Positions 1 through 11,996 of a stretch of 64,000 nucleotides of DNA are shown piece by piece. How positions within the stretch are numbered: position 1 is the first letter of the stretch; each line of letters opens with the position of its first letter. Under the pieces are notes generated by a model. That model had not been told where the DNA came from and made no database searches. It saw only the letters and a list, made by a program, of their open reading frames with translations. The position numbers were made by a program, and so were the translations under genes. Source of the stretch: Squalus acanthias (Eukaryota); contig CM059431.1 in assembly GCA_030390025.1 (NCBI GenBank), positions 104,782,001 to 104,846,000 on the forward strand, read 5' to 3'.

Positions 1-340
1 CCCTGGCTGTGGGGGTCTAGAACGAGGAGTCACAGTCTCAGGATACGGGGTAGGACATTTAGGACTGAGATGAGGAGAAATTTCTTCACTCAGAGGGTGG
101 CGAACCTATGGAATTCTCTACCCCAGAAGGCTGTGGCGGCCAAGTCACTGAATATATTTAAGAAGGAGATAGATAGGTTGCTAGACACAAAAGGCATCAA
201 GGGGTATGGGGAGAGAGCGGGAATATGGTATTGAGATAGAGGATCAGCCATGATCATATTGAATGGAGGAGCAGGCTCGAAGGGCCAAATGGCCTACTCC
301 TGCTCCTATTTTTCTATGTTTCTATGTTTATATGTTTCTA
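1..340 (+). mobile_element. CR1 LINE 3' end (5'-truncated by window edge)
   Basis: Encodes RT C-terminal ...SRTRSHSLRIRGRTFRTEMRRNFFTQRVANLWNSLP...; 3'UTR ends GGCCTACTCCTGCTCCTATTTT followed by a (TTTCTATG)n tail. Confidence 0.9.
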
Positions 341-677
341 TGGCATGGGCTCGACAGGCCGAATGGCCTCCTTCTGTGCTGTAACCATTCTATGATTCTA
401 ACCACACCTCACACAGCAACTTTTCTGACTTATTAACGGTTAAGGCAGTAAGCAAACCTGAAGAGCAAAATGATATATGGCATGTTAAAAGGCAAGACCT
501 CCATTGAGAGCACCTACTCTTTGAATGTGAGCCTAAAGATTTGGACCACTTCCAAAGATTTTACACCTACTACAAAAGCAAAATACTGCGGATGCTGGAA
601 ATCTGAAATAAAAACAGAAAATGCTGGAAATACTCAGCAGGTCAGGCAGCTTCTGTAGCGAAAGAAAAAGAGTTATA

Positions 678-1521
678 GGGCTGGATTTTCCAAGCCCCGA
701 GGAGGCGGGCATGGAGGCGGGACAGCCGGTAAATTAGCAGAAAGTGGGGGCGGATGGCAAACCCGCTCCCATCTCGCCTCCGTGCCCTTTTGCCAGGAGG
801 TGGGAAGATGTGCTGCTTTGGGTCCCGTCTCCTGGAGACGGGAAAGGCATTTAATACTTTTAACTGCCTGTTAACAGGTAGTTAACAGGCAGAAAAAAGG
901 ATTAGTGCCATTTTACCTTCACAGGTGAAGGCTTCCCGACCTCGGAGAACCTCGCCGGGTTAGAGGAGACGTGGAGGAGGTCTGCGGCGGTCGGAGGCAC
1001 CTGGAAGTAAGATGTAGAGGTGAGTGATGGGTGCAAGTGTGGAGTGGTAAGTATGTAAGGTGAGTGATAAGTTTTAAAAATGTTCACTTACCTTGTTTTC
1101 TTCCTACAGCCTTAGCCGCGGTGGATCGGGAGAGCCGACATCTTCCTTGTCAATTTCACAGACTGGCTGTTGGAACCTCCGAACCAACAGCCATGTGAAA
1201 TTTACAAAGTTGAAAGGTTTGATGAGTCCTGAACACAGGGACTCAACAAACTAAAGAGAATGTCAGTGTTTGATAGCTTCACAGAGCTGTCAAACGCTGA
1301 CATTTCTTCTTTCAAGAAGTCTTGATAGATAGCACGTCTGACGTTGACGTGCTCTGTCAGTGACTTCCTCCCTAATTGGCCTGCTGAGCCCGCAGGGCGG
1401 GTTGAACAAGCTCAATCAGGGGAAAATCCCTCTGGTTGGTCAGGCGAGGATGGAGGCGGAAAATTGACACGACAAGCAGCAGTCCCGCCTCCAACTTGTC
1501 TCCATTCACAAAATCCGGCCC
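678..1521. mobile_element. Harbinger-type MITE family A, copy 1
   Basis: TIRs GGGCTGGATTTT / AAAATCCGGCCC; flanks ATA/ATT (imperfect 3-bp TSD); splits a pLTR; homologous to 62693-63509 in opposite orientation. Confidence 0.85.
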
Positions 1522-1607
1522 ATTGTTTCAGGTCGATGACCCTTCGTCAGAACGACTGAATTATTCTGGATAACTGCTGATATTAATTTTGCTTCCCTAT
1601 TATATCC

Positions 1608-1644
1608 ATTTCTGACGAAGGGTCATCGACTTGAAACGCTAACT
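1608..1644 (+). ncRNA. Minimal hammerhead ribozyme motif (Penelope type 1), degenerate
   Basis: CTGACGA-AGGGTCATCGACTT-GAAA-CGCT-AACT; the conserved U before the cleavage site is C, so probably inactive. Confidence 0.6.
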
Positions 1645-2164
1645 CTGTTTCTCTCTCTACAGATGCTGCCTGACCTGCTGAGTATTTCCAGCATTTTCTG
1701 TTTTTATTTTACACCTACTGCTCGCTTTCAAGAATCCCACTTTGAGACAGTTAATCCAGCTGACTGTGCTCCTTGTACATTGGTGCCGATCTAGATTTTG
1801 TCCTCCAGCACTTCTCTGGAGCTTGAGGGCAAAACCAACAGCTTGCTTCAACTCTGTCGGGATTCTTTGATTATTGACTTTTTAAAAAGTATCTTATGAA
1901 TTATGATTGAGTCTGACAATTTTTTTTCTCTGTATTTTTAGTTGCTTCCTGAATACATTTAGTTTGAAATCCGGAATGCCGATAATGTAACTGTGGAAAC
2001 TCTTTGCCATGAGAATGATAAATCAACCTACATGTAAAAAAAATGGCAGAATGACTGAATTATTCTGGATAACTGCTGATATTAATTTTGCTTCCCTATA
2101 ACATCAGCCAGATTATTACTTCACCTAATTCCCTCGGTGATGCCATCAGGATTTATTCTGAACA

Positions 2165-2465
2165 TAACCAGATCGTCTATTTTTAGGTGTTGGTTGACGG
2201 ATAAACATTGGCCAGGACTCCGGGGATAACTGCCCTGCCTTTCTTAGAAACAGTGCCACGGGATCTTCTACGTCCACCTGAGAGGACAAATGGGGCCTCG
2301 GTTTAACGTCTCATCCGAAAGACAGCACCTCCGACAGTGCAGCGTTCCCTCAGCACGGCACTGGAGTGTCAGCCCTGAATTTGCGCTCAAGTCTCTGGAG
2401 CAGGACTATGAGCCCACGACCTTCTGACTCAGAGGAGAGCATGCTACCCATTTGCGCCATGGTGC
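2165..2465 (-). mobile_element. tRNA-derived Deu-domain SINE (SacSINE1-like), partial
   Basis: Matches the core of the other SINE copies (GGATCTT...CCACCTGAGAG...GGGGCCTCGGTTTAACGTCTCATCCGAAAGAC). Confidence 0.85.
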
Positions 2466-2934
2466 GAGGTTATTTACCTGCCTGTACAGCATTTGTTGGC
2501 TTGCTGCTGGGCCTTGCAAGATTTGCCATTATTTCTTTGCTTTGTTACTTTAATGTTTAAAAAAGGGTAAAACACACAGCTCAAGGATAGTTGAACCAAT
2601 TATTCAATCATTGATTTCTAGCATTCAAATACCTTGCAAGGTCAGTGAAGTTATTTTAGGACATCTCTTTATCCTCAACACTGGGCCAGAATGAGTAATA
2701 TTTATCAGACTGGGTCACCTTGTTGCTAAAAAAGCTCATATCACAAACATACTCAGATTCAAAACCAACAGAGTATAGAGGGAGAGGTGCAGAGAAAGTC
2801 ACCACAGGATTACAGTACAATGTCATTATTGTCACATCACCTATTTCAGTACAATAATTAATTTGGTGTAGGTGTGAAAATTCATCAGCCATCGGGCATT
2901 CTGAAGGAGGTGGGGAGATTTATCTAACCTGTTT

Positions 2935-3283
2935 GTGCCAGGCATGGCTCAGTGGGTAGCACTCTCACCTCTGAGCCAGAAGGTTGGGGGTTCACAGTCC
3001 CACACCAGAGACATGGGCTGGATTTTGATACTGGGGCGGGTTGGGGTCGTGTCATCCGCATTTCGTGTTATCCACCCGCCTGAAATTGGATGTGGGAGAT
3101 TGATGCGATTTTCACTTAATTGGGCAATTGAGTTCCAGCATGTGGGAACCCATCAACCAATTAGTGGTTTCAGTCTGAAAGTCGCCTCTGATGATGTCAT
3201 CATTGCAGGTCAGAGACTGCCTGGTCTCAGAGATTGCCTGGCCTTTGCTGTGAGAGGACCTGGATGCAAAATGAGCAGCATCT

Positions 3284-3324
<41 letters not shown>

Positions 3325-4100
3325 TCAGACCTAATACTACTACTACCTTCATCACATCTCGGTTGTACTAGTGGACCTGCAGCTGATAGTCAGCTATCCA
3401 CTTGTGCTCCCGCCAGGTTTCACTGACGTGTTTCACATCAGGCGTGCTTCACGTGGGAAAAGGGTTAAACTAACTAAAACGTTTCAAAATGGCATTACAG
3501 AGCCAATTTAGGACTTGTTAAGGGCTTTAATGGCCTCTCCCACCTCTTGGAGGCGGGACGGAGTCGGGAACACCACACATGATTTTATCAAAATTGCGTG
3601 GAGGCGTGTTGGAGGCGTGTTGGAGTCGGGACCCCCGAATCTGCAACTTTAACCCCCCACACGCCTCCAAACCCGCCTCCACGGGTCATTGAAAATCCAG
3701 CCCATTGAGCACAAATTCAGGGCTGACACTCCCAATGCCAGTACTGAGGGAGTGCTGCTCTGTCAGTAGGTGCCGTCTTTCAGATGAGAGGTTAAACCGA
3801 GGCCCCGTCTGCCCTCTCGGGTCGCTGTAAAAGATCCAACAAGATGATTTTGAAGTAGAGCAGGGGGAGTTATCCCCGGTGTCCTGGGGCCAATATTTAT
3901 CCCTCAATCAACATCACTAAAACAGATTATCTGGTTATTTATCTCATTGCTGCTTGTGGGAGCTTGCTGTGCACAAATTGTCTGCCGCCTTTCCTACATT
4001 ACAACAGCGACTGCACTTCATAAAGTATTTCATTGGCTGTAAAGCGCTTTGGGACGCCCAGAGGTCGTGAAAGGCGCTGTAGAAATGCAAGTCTTTCTTT
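2935..4100 (+). mobile_element. Deu-domain SINE interrupted by MITE family B
   Basis: A-box TGGCTCAGTGG, B-box-like GGTTCACAGTCC, Deu core, L2-like tail AAAGGCGCTGTAGAAATGCAAGTC. Confidence 0.85.
3015..3703. mobile_element. Harbinger-type MITE family B, copy 1
   Basis: Perfect TIR GGGCTGGATTTT / AAAATCCAGCCC; internal (GA)n; highly similar to 31439-32152. Confidence 0.9.
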
Positions 4101-4665
4101 TGTTCTGTTGGAAAACTTGTTTCTCATTTGCCAGCGAAGGAGGAAATATTTTAATGAGCTTGAATCCGTGGTCTGAAATCTGCAGCAATAATCAGCACAT
4201 TTCTTTTTAAAAGAATATTTGCTCTGAAATGGAACATCACAGCACTGCATGCCCCAATTTGTTTGAGTGTGTGTTTATGTACATTGACTGGATGAGTGGC
4301 AGAACTCATTAAAGATTTTTAGCAACTATACCGTACACAGGTCTTTATTCCATCTGCTTGGGTTGGTTTAAACAATTCTCCCAGAGCCGAGCTTGTGCTG
4401 CCTCGTCTCCTTGATTATGTGAACTTATTCAGGTTCGTTCAGGATTTTATTTATTGTCTGACAACTGTATTTTATAGTGTATGAGAAGACAAATTAATGC
4501 AAACTTCCTTAACCTTGGAAAGTGCTGTTTTCATATTAATCATTCAGATTCATAATCAAGTTACTCGGACGGCAACATTCCTGAGACTTCCTGTTTATCA
4601 CACCCTTTTCTCCTTGTCACGATCTGGCAACATTTTCTTTACAATGTAGTAATGCCTAGAGGTAC

Positions 4666-5170
4666 TCTCATTCAAAACTCTGCTGCCCGTGTCCTAACTC
4701 GCACCAAATCCCATTCACCTATCACCCCTGTGCTCGCTGACCGACATTGGCTCCCAGCCTGGGAACGGCTCGATTTAAAATTCTCATCCTCGTTTTCAAA
4801 TCCCTCCACGGCCTCGACCCCCTCCCTATCTCTGCAACCTCCTCCTCCAGCCCTACAACCTCCCCGAGATCTCTGCGCTCCTCAAATTCTGGCCTCTTGA
4901 GCATCCCCCGATTTTCATCGCTCCACCATCGGCGGCCGTGCCTTCAGCTGCCTGGGCCCTAAGCTCTGGAATCCCCTCCCTAAACCTCTCCGCCTCTCTC
5001 CGCCTCTCTCTCCTCCTTTAAGTCGCTCCTTAAAACCTACCTCTTTGACCAAGCTTTTGGTCACCTGTCCAAAATATCTCGGCTCGCTGTCAAATTTAAC
5101 GCTCCTGTGAAGCGCCTTTGGACCTTTTACGACATTAAAGGCGCTATATAAATGCAATTTGTTGTTGTTA
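4666..5170 (+). mobile_element. L2 LINE 3' end
   Basis: LIQNSAARVLTRTK...PITPVLADRHWLP L2 ORF2 C-terminal motif; tail AAAGGCGCTATATAAATGCAA(TTG)n. Confidence 0.9.
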
Positions 5171-6137
5171 TGCCAGCAGTTGTCTCCCACATTTTTTTTT
5201 GGCTTATTTTGTCAGGTAATTAGTGGCTGCCATTATTTCCTATTCTGTATTCAGTCTCCACTGAGAGGATTCTGGTTCGAATAGGATTAAACTAATCCAA
5301 TCATTACTAACGAAGACAAGTTCCCTAAACAAGGAACAGGCTTTATCTCTCACTTTCACCTTTAAAGAGCACCCTGAAAAAGAACCAGACAACTTCCAAC
5401 GCCAGCCATAGATTGTTCTTACTTTGGGGATTGCACTTCTATCTGTGCTCAATTTGTCCATCTTTGTCCTCACAATATGAGCATCTTCAGAGCCTGATAT
5501 CCCAGCGTGGTTATCTTTTTGAAGCTGCTGGCTACCCAGTGACACAGGGTTCGTTCAATGAAGGGGGTTTCAGTGCAATCTTAACCGATGATCTGAAAAC
5601 AACAGAGGGCAAAATAATTCTCATCCGAAATTTGGACTTCCCATGCAGCCTCTTGTTGTAAAGTATGAAATAAATAAGTGTGAGCGCTAAAGTTTTGTCT
5701 CAACATCTCTTAATGATGTCAACTATTTTATCAGGTTTTGAGCCAATCTCGGCAGCAACTTAACAATGAGCCTCCAGATCACCGATAAGAAATTAACTTT
5801 TCACTAACACCCATTTGCTGAGCATATCAAGAGGGAAAAGTCAACCAGAAAGGTGCTTTAATTAACACAGTAGTGAATTGGATCGTGCATGGACTATTTT
5901 CGAAGAGGGCAGTGGTATTCAGCTCTGCCGCACTTGTCATTTCCACCAACTGTTGAAGGTGGTAGGAAGTCGTGGAATCGCCTCTTGATATTAAAGATAA
6001 AATAAAGCCAAATAAAGCATCATCGACAACAACAACGTGTAGTTATAGAGCACCACATAAGGAGATATTAGGGCAGCTGACCAAAAGCTTGGTCAAAGAG
6101 GTAGGTTTTAAGGAGCGTCTCAAAGGAGGAAAGAGAG

Positions 6138-6509
6138 GCTGCAGTGTGTACCATCTACAAGATGCACTGCAGCAACTCGCCAAGGCTCCTTCGGCAGCAC
6201 CTCCCAAACCCGCGACCTCTCCCACCTAGAAGGACAAGAGCAGCAGGCGCATGGGAACTCCACCACCTCCAAGTTCTCCTCCAAGTCACAAACCAGCCTG
6301 ACTTCGAAATATATCGCTGTTCCTTCATCATCGTTGGGTCAAAATCCTGGAATTCCCTACCTAACAGTACCGTGGGAATCCCTTAACCACACGGACTGCG
6401 GCAGTTCAAGAAGGCGGCTCACCACCGCCTTCTCAAAGACAATTAGTGATAGGCAATAAATGCTGGCCTTGCCAGCGACGCTCACATCCCATGAATGAAT
6501 AAAAAAAAA
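6138..6509 (+). mobile_element. Non-LTR retrotransposon 3' end (CR1/L2/Jockey group, same family as 42890-43366)
   Basis: CTIYKMHCSNSPRLLRQHLP...KSWNSLP; tail GCAATAAATGCTGGCCTTGCCAGCGACGCTCACATCCCATGAATGAAT(A)n. Confidence 0.75.
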
Positions 6510-6552
6510 TGCTGGAAATACTCAGCAGATCAGGCAGCATCTGTGGAGAGAG

Positions 6553-7100
6553 GAACATAAGAACATAAGAAATAGGAGCAGGAGTAGGCCATTTGGCCCC
6601 TTGAGCCTGCTCTGCCATTCAATAAGATCATGGCTGATCTTCTACCTCAACTCCACTTTCCAGCACTATCTCCATATCCCTTGATTCCCTTAATATCCAA
6701 AAATCTATCGATCTTTGTCTTGAATATACTCAACGACTGAGCCTCCACAGCCCTCTGGGGTAGAGAATTCCAAAGATTCACCACCCTCTGAGTGAAGAAA
6801 TTTCTCCTCATCTCAGTCTTAAATGGCCGACCCCTTATTCTGAGACTGTGACCTCTGGTTCTAGACTCCCCAGCCAGAGGAAACAACCTCCCTGCATCTA
6901 CCCTGTCAAACCCTGTAAGAATTTTGTATGTTTCAATGAGATCACCTCTCATTCTTCTCAACTCTAGAGAATATAGGCCCAGTCTCCTCAATCTCTCCTC
7001 ATAGAACAATCCCCCCATCCCAGGAATCAGCCTGGTGATCCTTCATTGCACTTCCTCTATGGCAAGTATATCCTTCCTTATGTAAGGAGACCAAAACTGT
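6553..7100 (-). mobile_element. CR1 LINE 3' end inserted in a Penelope pLTR fragment
   Basis: ORF 6647-7018 YEERLRRLGLYSLELRRMRGDLIETYKIL; pLTR sequence stops at ~6552 and resumes at 7101. Confidence 0.92.
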
Positions 7101-7342
7101 ACAGAGTTAATGTTTCAAGTCGATGACCTTTCATCCATCACAATACCCTAGGTAGTGGGCCAACAGGAAGTACTGACATAATTCGAAGAAATTGGTGTAA
7201 AATTGTTTATCCTGGAACACCTGAATGGTTGACAAAAGCCAAAATGGTGTATCTAAGAGTGACAACAGGAAGTATTTTTCTTCCTAGCATATGCATTCCC
7301 ATGAATTTTACCAGATAAGAAGTACAGTCTTTAATAAGGGTT

Positions 7343-8178
7343 AGAACATAAGAACATAAGAAGTAGGAGCAGGAGTAGGCCATACGACCCTTCGGGCCTG
7401 CTCCGCCATTCAATAGGATCATGGCTGATCCAAACCTAGACTCACGTCCACTTCCCTGCCCGCTCCCCATAACCCTTAATTCCCTTATCAGCTAGGAAAC
7501 TGTCTATCTCCGTTTTAAATTTATTTAATGTCGCAGCTTCCACAGCTCTCTGAGGTAGCAAATTCCATAGATTTACTACCTTCTGAGTGAAGAAGTTTCT
7601 CCTCATCTCAGTTTTGAAATGGCAGCCCCTTATTCTAAGATTATGCCCCCTAGTTCTAGTCTCACCCATCAGTGGAAACATCCTCCCCGCATCCTCCCGA
7701 TCAAGCCCTCTCACAATCTTATATGTTTCGATAAGATCGCCTCTCATTCTTCTGTATTCCAATGAGTAGAGGCCCAACCTACTCAACCTTTCCTCATAAG
7801 TCAACCCCCTCATCTCCGGAATCAACCGAGTGAACCTCCTCTGAACTGCCTCTAGAGCAAGTATATCTTTTCTTAAATATGGAAACCAAAACTGTACGCA
7901 GTACTCCAGGTGTGGCCTCACCAGTACCCTGTATAGCTGAAGCAAGACTTCCCTGCTTTTATACTCCATCCCCCTTGCAATAAAAGCCAAGATTCCATTG
8001 GCCTTCCTGATCACCTGCTGTACCTGCATACTAACCTTCTGCGTTTCATGCACCAGGACCCCCAGATCCCTTTGTACTGTAGCACTTTGCAGTTTCTTTC
8101 CATTTAGATAATAACTTGCTCTTTGATTTTTTTCTGCCAAAGTGCATAACCTCACACTTTCCAACATTATATTCCATA
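7343..8178 (-). mobile_element. CR1 LINE 3' end (~830 bp)
   Basis: ORF with RDLGVLV...LVRPHLEYCVQFW...RMRGDLIETYK; (CTTATGTT)n tail. Confidence 0.95.
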
Positions 8179-8527
8179 TTCCAAGGGTTGACCTTCTACC
8201 CATTGCCAGGCTGCCCATTGACCCATACAACAACTCAACATAGGGCTTTCCCCTCTCTCAGCTTCTGCAGTTATCTGCCCATTGCCCCTCTTCTATTCAG
8301 TCTTTCTGAACATGGTCCAACCATCTCAGCTCTGGTCTCCGAAATGATCTTGACACCGCTGGGGCCCATCTTATCATCTTCCCAGAGTATCAATCCTCAG
8401 TCGTACAGGACGCCTAAGCCTAGACGTTATTCTTCTTCGCATTTTTTGTTAACAAGATGTTGGGATAGTGAACAGTTGGCTCCTGGATCATTAACATGCG
8501 AGTTCACAAACAGTGATTTGTTATATC

Positions 8528-8882
8528 AAGGCAAAACACTGCTGGAAATCTGAAATAGGAAGGATAAAATGCCGGACTCAGCAATGAATTCAACAGTTTC
8601 AGATCATACCCACTGCTCCCATTTTTTCGGACAGCAGGTGCTGGTAATTATTCTGCTTTTCGTTTAATCGCTCCTGCCTTCCACCCTGGCACAGACCTAC
8701 CCTTTTGTCTTTTCCTCCCCTCTTCACCTTTCCCTGCCTCTGCACTTGTTTAAAACCTGTTACATCTGTAACATTCTCCATTTCTGATGAAAGGTCACCG
8801 GCCTGAAATGTTAACTCTGTTTCTCTCTCCAAAGATGCTGCCTGACCTGCTGAGCATTACCAGCATTTTCTGTTTATATTTG
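8528..8882. mobile_element. Penelope pLTR, short inverted piece plus forward copy
   Basis: Minus tail piece ~8528-8585, then plus copy from AATTCAACAGTTTCAGA to CAGCATTTTCTGTTTATATT, matching 56615-57000. Confidence 0.75.
8780..8816 (+). ncRNA. Minimal hammerhead ribozyme motif (Penelope type 1), core intact
   Basis: CTGATGA-A-AGGTC-ACC-GGCCT-GAAA-TG-TT-AACT; stem I has one mismatch. Confidence 0.65.
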
Positions 8883-8984
8883 TTAGGCCCTGCCATTTCA
8901 CATACAGGGGTATTGAAAGTTATGTAACTGAACAATACAGGATAATAATGTAGCTTTTATGTGTTATAACTGTGCATCATTATA

Positions 8985-9750
8985 GGTCTGGAGTTTAGAA
9001 GAATGAGAGGTGATCTCATTGAAACATATAAGATTCTGAGGGGGATTGACAGGGTAGATGCTGGGAGGTTGTTTCCTCCTGGCTGGAGAATCTAGAACTA
9101 GGGGACTGTCTCAGGAAAAGGGGTCGGCCATTTAAGACTGCGATGAGGAGGAATTTCTTCACTCAGAGGGTTGTGAATCTTTGGAATTCTCTACCTGAAA
9201 GGGCTATGGATGCTGAATCATTGAGTATATTCAAGGCTGAGACAGATAGAGTTTTGGACTCTAAGGGAATCAAGGGATAGCAAGGGAGTGTCAGCCATGG
9301 CTCAGTGGTAGCAATCTCACCTCTGAGTCAGAAGATTGTGGGTTCAAGTCCCACTCCAGAGACTTGAGCACAAACTTTAGGGAATTGGATAAGTACCTGA
9401 AGGAAAAAAAATTGCAGGGAAAGGACAGGGGAGTGGGACTAGTTGAAGTACTCTTGCAGAGAGCTAGCATGGGCTCAACAGGCCAAATGGCCTCCTTCTG
9501 TGCTGTAACCATTCTATATGGGGATCGGGTGAGAAAGTGGTGTTGAGGTCGAAGATCAGCCATGATCTTACTGAATGCTGGAGCAGGCTCGATGGGCCGA
9601 ATGGCCTCCTTCTGTGGTGTAACCATCCTATGATTCTATATGGAGATCGAGTGAGAAAGTGGTGTTGAGGTCGAAGATCAGCCATTGGTCTTATTGAATG
9701 GCGGAGCAGGCTCGAGGGGCCGAATGGGCGACTCCTGCTCCTAATTCTTA
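8985..9750 (+). mobile_element. Composite CR1 3' ends with a SINE head fragment and a duplicated tail
   Basis: CR1 RT C-terminus 8985-9280; SINE head 9289-9374; second CR1 tail type 9375-9516; ~120-bp tandem duplication 9516-9750. Confidence 0.8.
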
Positions 9751-11142
9751 AGACGAGCTGCTGCTTCTCAGTTCATTCTCAGAACTTGAAGAATTATCTG
9801 TTTTTATGATCTGTAAATACTGACTATATTTTGACACCCATTATTGTACAGAAAATCAGATCGTAGAAAATGTCTTAATGTGTTTTACTCTTCGATTGAA
9901 CTAAAACTACAAACATGGTTTCAGAGCAGAAATGGTATTATATTCCATCGCAACTGATTCAGCGATCTCATGAAATATAAATTCTGAACTGATTATTATT
10001 TTGCTAGTTATGGTGTCTTCTTCAGAAGGCTGGGAATTGGATTAGCAACATTGGATGACAAGTGTGATAATGAAAAGCAGGGTTCTTATATATATATATA
10101 TGTAAATATAAATATATATATAAAATGATTTTTTATTTGAACTACTTTCTGCATTGCTTTTGGAGCGTTGTGCCTACATATTCATATGCTTTTTTCATCC
10201 GCATTTTCCTCAATGTCATTCAAATAAATTGGTCCATCAAGACCAACACTCCAGCAGAGTGTAACAAGAATAAAGTAAAAGATTTTAAGCTTGTAACAGT
10301 TACATTTATTCCGCTTCATTCCCATTTTCTGTAAAGGATTTTCTGAAAGGAGTTAATTGCTTGTTTATTTGTCAATAACTGGACCTGGCATGGAATATTT
10401 ATGACAAATTGCCGCACTAATTTGTCAACTGAACAGTCAGCAAAAATTAAATCAATTCAGAGCCACTCTTGGAAAATGATTCCCCCCAGACGGCTCTTAT
10501 CAACGTTACAACATTCTGAAATTAGGTGACAAATGATATCTGTAAAGGTTTTCACACAGAGACCAAACTACCTCGCATATAAATTGCTGAATGTTTAGAG
10601 ACATATTTATTTGTTCCATTAAAAGACAACGTTGGCAAATAATTCGTCACAGAGCCGCACGGACTGAACAATTATCAACAGATTGATACATTCACTACCT
10701 TGTATATTTTACAATCGTACGGATCTTACAGCACAGAAGGAGGCCATTCGGCCCATTGTGCCTGTGCCGGCTCTTTGAAAGAACTCTCCAATTAGTCCCG
10801 CTCTCATTAGCAACATCAGTGTGTACTGACAGCCCCATGTTTTAAAGCGTCACCTCCAGTGAGAGGCTCAGTAGGCTACTTCTAGCTCCATGCTAGTCAC
10901 TGTAGTCTTAGAATGCTTGGCAAGAGTCAAAAGGCTGTCCCAAACAATGCATATTGTTATATGCTGATGACGCACAGGATACACAAGACCAATTCACTGA
11001 CTTGGTTCTCAACATATTTAAAAATATCAAAAAAAGTGCTTGACTTCCAGAAGACAAACTTAATCATTCAAAAACGGGGAGCATTCTGTAGTCCAGGACA
11101 TACCTCAAGCAGATAAAGGAATTCAATTACTTCATACAGTCT

Positions 11143-11475
11143 TAGAATCATACAGCACAGAAGGAGGCCATTCCGCCCCTCGTGCCTCTTTGAAAGAGCT
11201 GTCCAATTAGTCCCGCTTCCCCCTGCTCTTTCACCATAGCCCTGCAATTTTCTCCCTTTTGAAAGTTACTATTGAATCTGCTTCCAAAACACTTTCAGGC
11301 AGCGCATTCCAGATCACTACGACTCGCAGCGTAATTTTTTTTCTGCCTCTGGCTCTTTTGCCAATTACCTTAAATCTGTGTCCTCTGATTACCAACCCTT
11401 CTGCCACTGGTAACAATTCCTCCTTATGTACTCTGTCAAAGCCCGTCATGCCCCTTAACCTTCTCTGTTCTAAAG
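11143..11475 (-). mobile_element. CR1 LINE 3' end, decayed
   Basis: LEQRRLRG...RGHRFKVIGKR...WNALPESV; tail CTGTGCTGTATGATTCT. Confidence 0.85.
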
Positions 11476-11996
11476 TCTCAATGACAGGTTTCAAATAATT
11501 AGCTAGGACAATAATGCCCAGACTCTCAGCTCCATCAGCATTTATGAAAATAAGGTCAAGTGGAATATTATACATATAGTGCTATTGGCTTTGTACTGCT
11601 GTTATTCCATGAACGTAAACATGCACGTAAAGGTTTGATTTCAAGGTGGAAAAATGGGTTAAAAAGGAAGAGGGGGTGAAATTGGGTCTCACCCCATTTG
11701 GGGCGCTAATTTTTGAAATTTTGAAAATTTAGCGCCAGGCGCTAAGAATTCTGAGCTTCTACTAAATTGGGTGTTAGCGCCCCAGGAAGGAAGTGGGGCG
11801 CTAAATCAAGCGTTAATAACCTCAGTGGGGTGCTACAGGGGCACTACCAGCAGAGCGCTAATGAATTTCAGGAGCAATGCATTCAGCATTGATCCTTCAC
11901 ACTGGTTCCTTTCAGCTCTTAAAGGGATCATTGTGCAGATGCTCATTTTTCAGCATTGCTGGCTTTGAGGAGACCTGCGAGCAAGTGAATCCCCTG

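Larger units (their letters stand above)
572..1705. mobile_element. Penelope-like element terminal-repeat insertion: two inverted pLTR fragments, interrupted by a MITE
   Basis: Minus copy 572-677 + 1522-1553, plus copy ~1601-1705; same sequence follows the GIY-YIG ORF end at 56880-57030; flanked by ATTTTACACCTACT at 558-571 and 1706-1719. Confidence 0.8.

Noticed and set aside
1220..1252. TTGATGAGTCC...GGACTCAACAAA as a hammerhead
   Set aside because: Lacks the CUGA start and the GAAA after stem II; it is only a hairpin.
2656..2892. 78-aa minus-strand ORF in unique sequence
   Set aside because: No recognisable domain or splice context; length is compatible with chance.
8290..8400. Minus-strand peptide LWEDDKMGPSGVKIISE resembling an NLR-type leucine-rich repeat
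   Set aside because: Short, bounded by stops, without convincing splice sites; similarity is too weak.
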